Part shown: piece by piece, positions 63,758-64,000 of the stretch | Position numbering within the stretch: position 1 is the stretch's first letter | Layout: each line of letters opens with the position of its first letter | Origin: Eledone cirrhosa | Lineage: Eukaryota | Assembly (NCBI GenBank): GCA_964016885.1 | Contig: OZ024752.1 | Location: 20,646,001 to 20,710,000, forward strand | Reading direction: 5' to 3' | Length of the DNA: 64,000 nucleotides | The notes under the pieces: model-generated | What the model saw: only the letters and a program-made list of their open reading frames with translations | Database searches by the model: none | Told to the model about the DNA's origin: nothing | Program-made: the position numbers and the translations under genes

Positions 63758-64000
63758 AATATATATATATACACAAATATATATATATATATACACACAA
63801 ATATATATATATATATATACACACAAATATATATATATATATATACACACAAATATATATATATATACACACAAATATATATATATACACAAATATATAT
63901 ATATACACAAATATATATATATATATATACACAAATATATATATATATACACAAATATATATATATATATACACAAATATATATATATATATACACAAAT
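59370..64000. repeat. TA-rich compound microsatellite array, runs off the window
   Basis: (TA)nCA and (TA)nCAAA units over >4.6 kb; source of the YI pseudo-ORFs. Confidence 0.98.

Noticed and set aside
59332-63998. Long YI/IYIY-rich ORFs up to 802 aa
   Set aside because: Translations of TA microsatellite that lacks stop codons; not genes

Overview
AT-rich, repeat-dense animal genomic DNA, most likely octopus/coleoid cephalopod (inferred from the tRNA-derived SINE families, RTE LINEs and long microsatellites). Two intron-containing ciliary genes sit head-to-head. An FBF1 (Fas-binding factor 1) homolog lies on the minus strand: 14 coding exons reconstructed by hand with consistent GT-AG phases, 42781->13488, about 1130 aa. 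An NME5 homolog lies on the plus strand: 5 coding exons, 48543->54483, 207 aa. A palindromic RFX X-box lies in the ~360 bp between them. The rest is mostly mobile DNA: two near-full-length RTE LINEs with a PHD-type finger inserted inside the reverse transcriptase, CR1, R4/Dong and CRE fragments, a complete DD37D (maT) transposon, Helitron-type elements, TTAA and TA MITEs, many SINEs, a 3-kb pentamer satellite and a >4.6-kb TA-rich array. The least expected signal is a set of hammerhead-ribozyme motifs: three clustered at 3.2-3.8 kb inside inverted-repeat structures (Penelope-like), plus related or decayed copies at 8.5, 21.5 and 50 kb. All calls are by eye; no database searches or folding programs were run.
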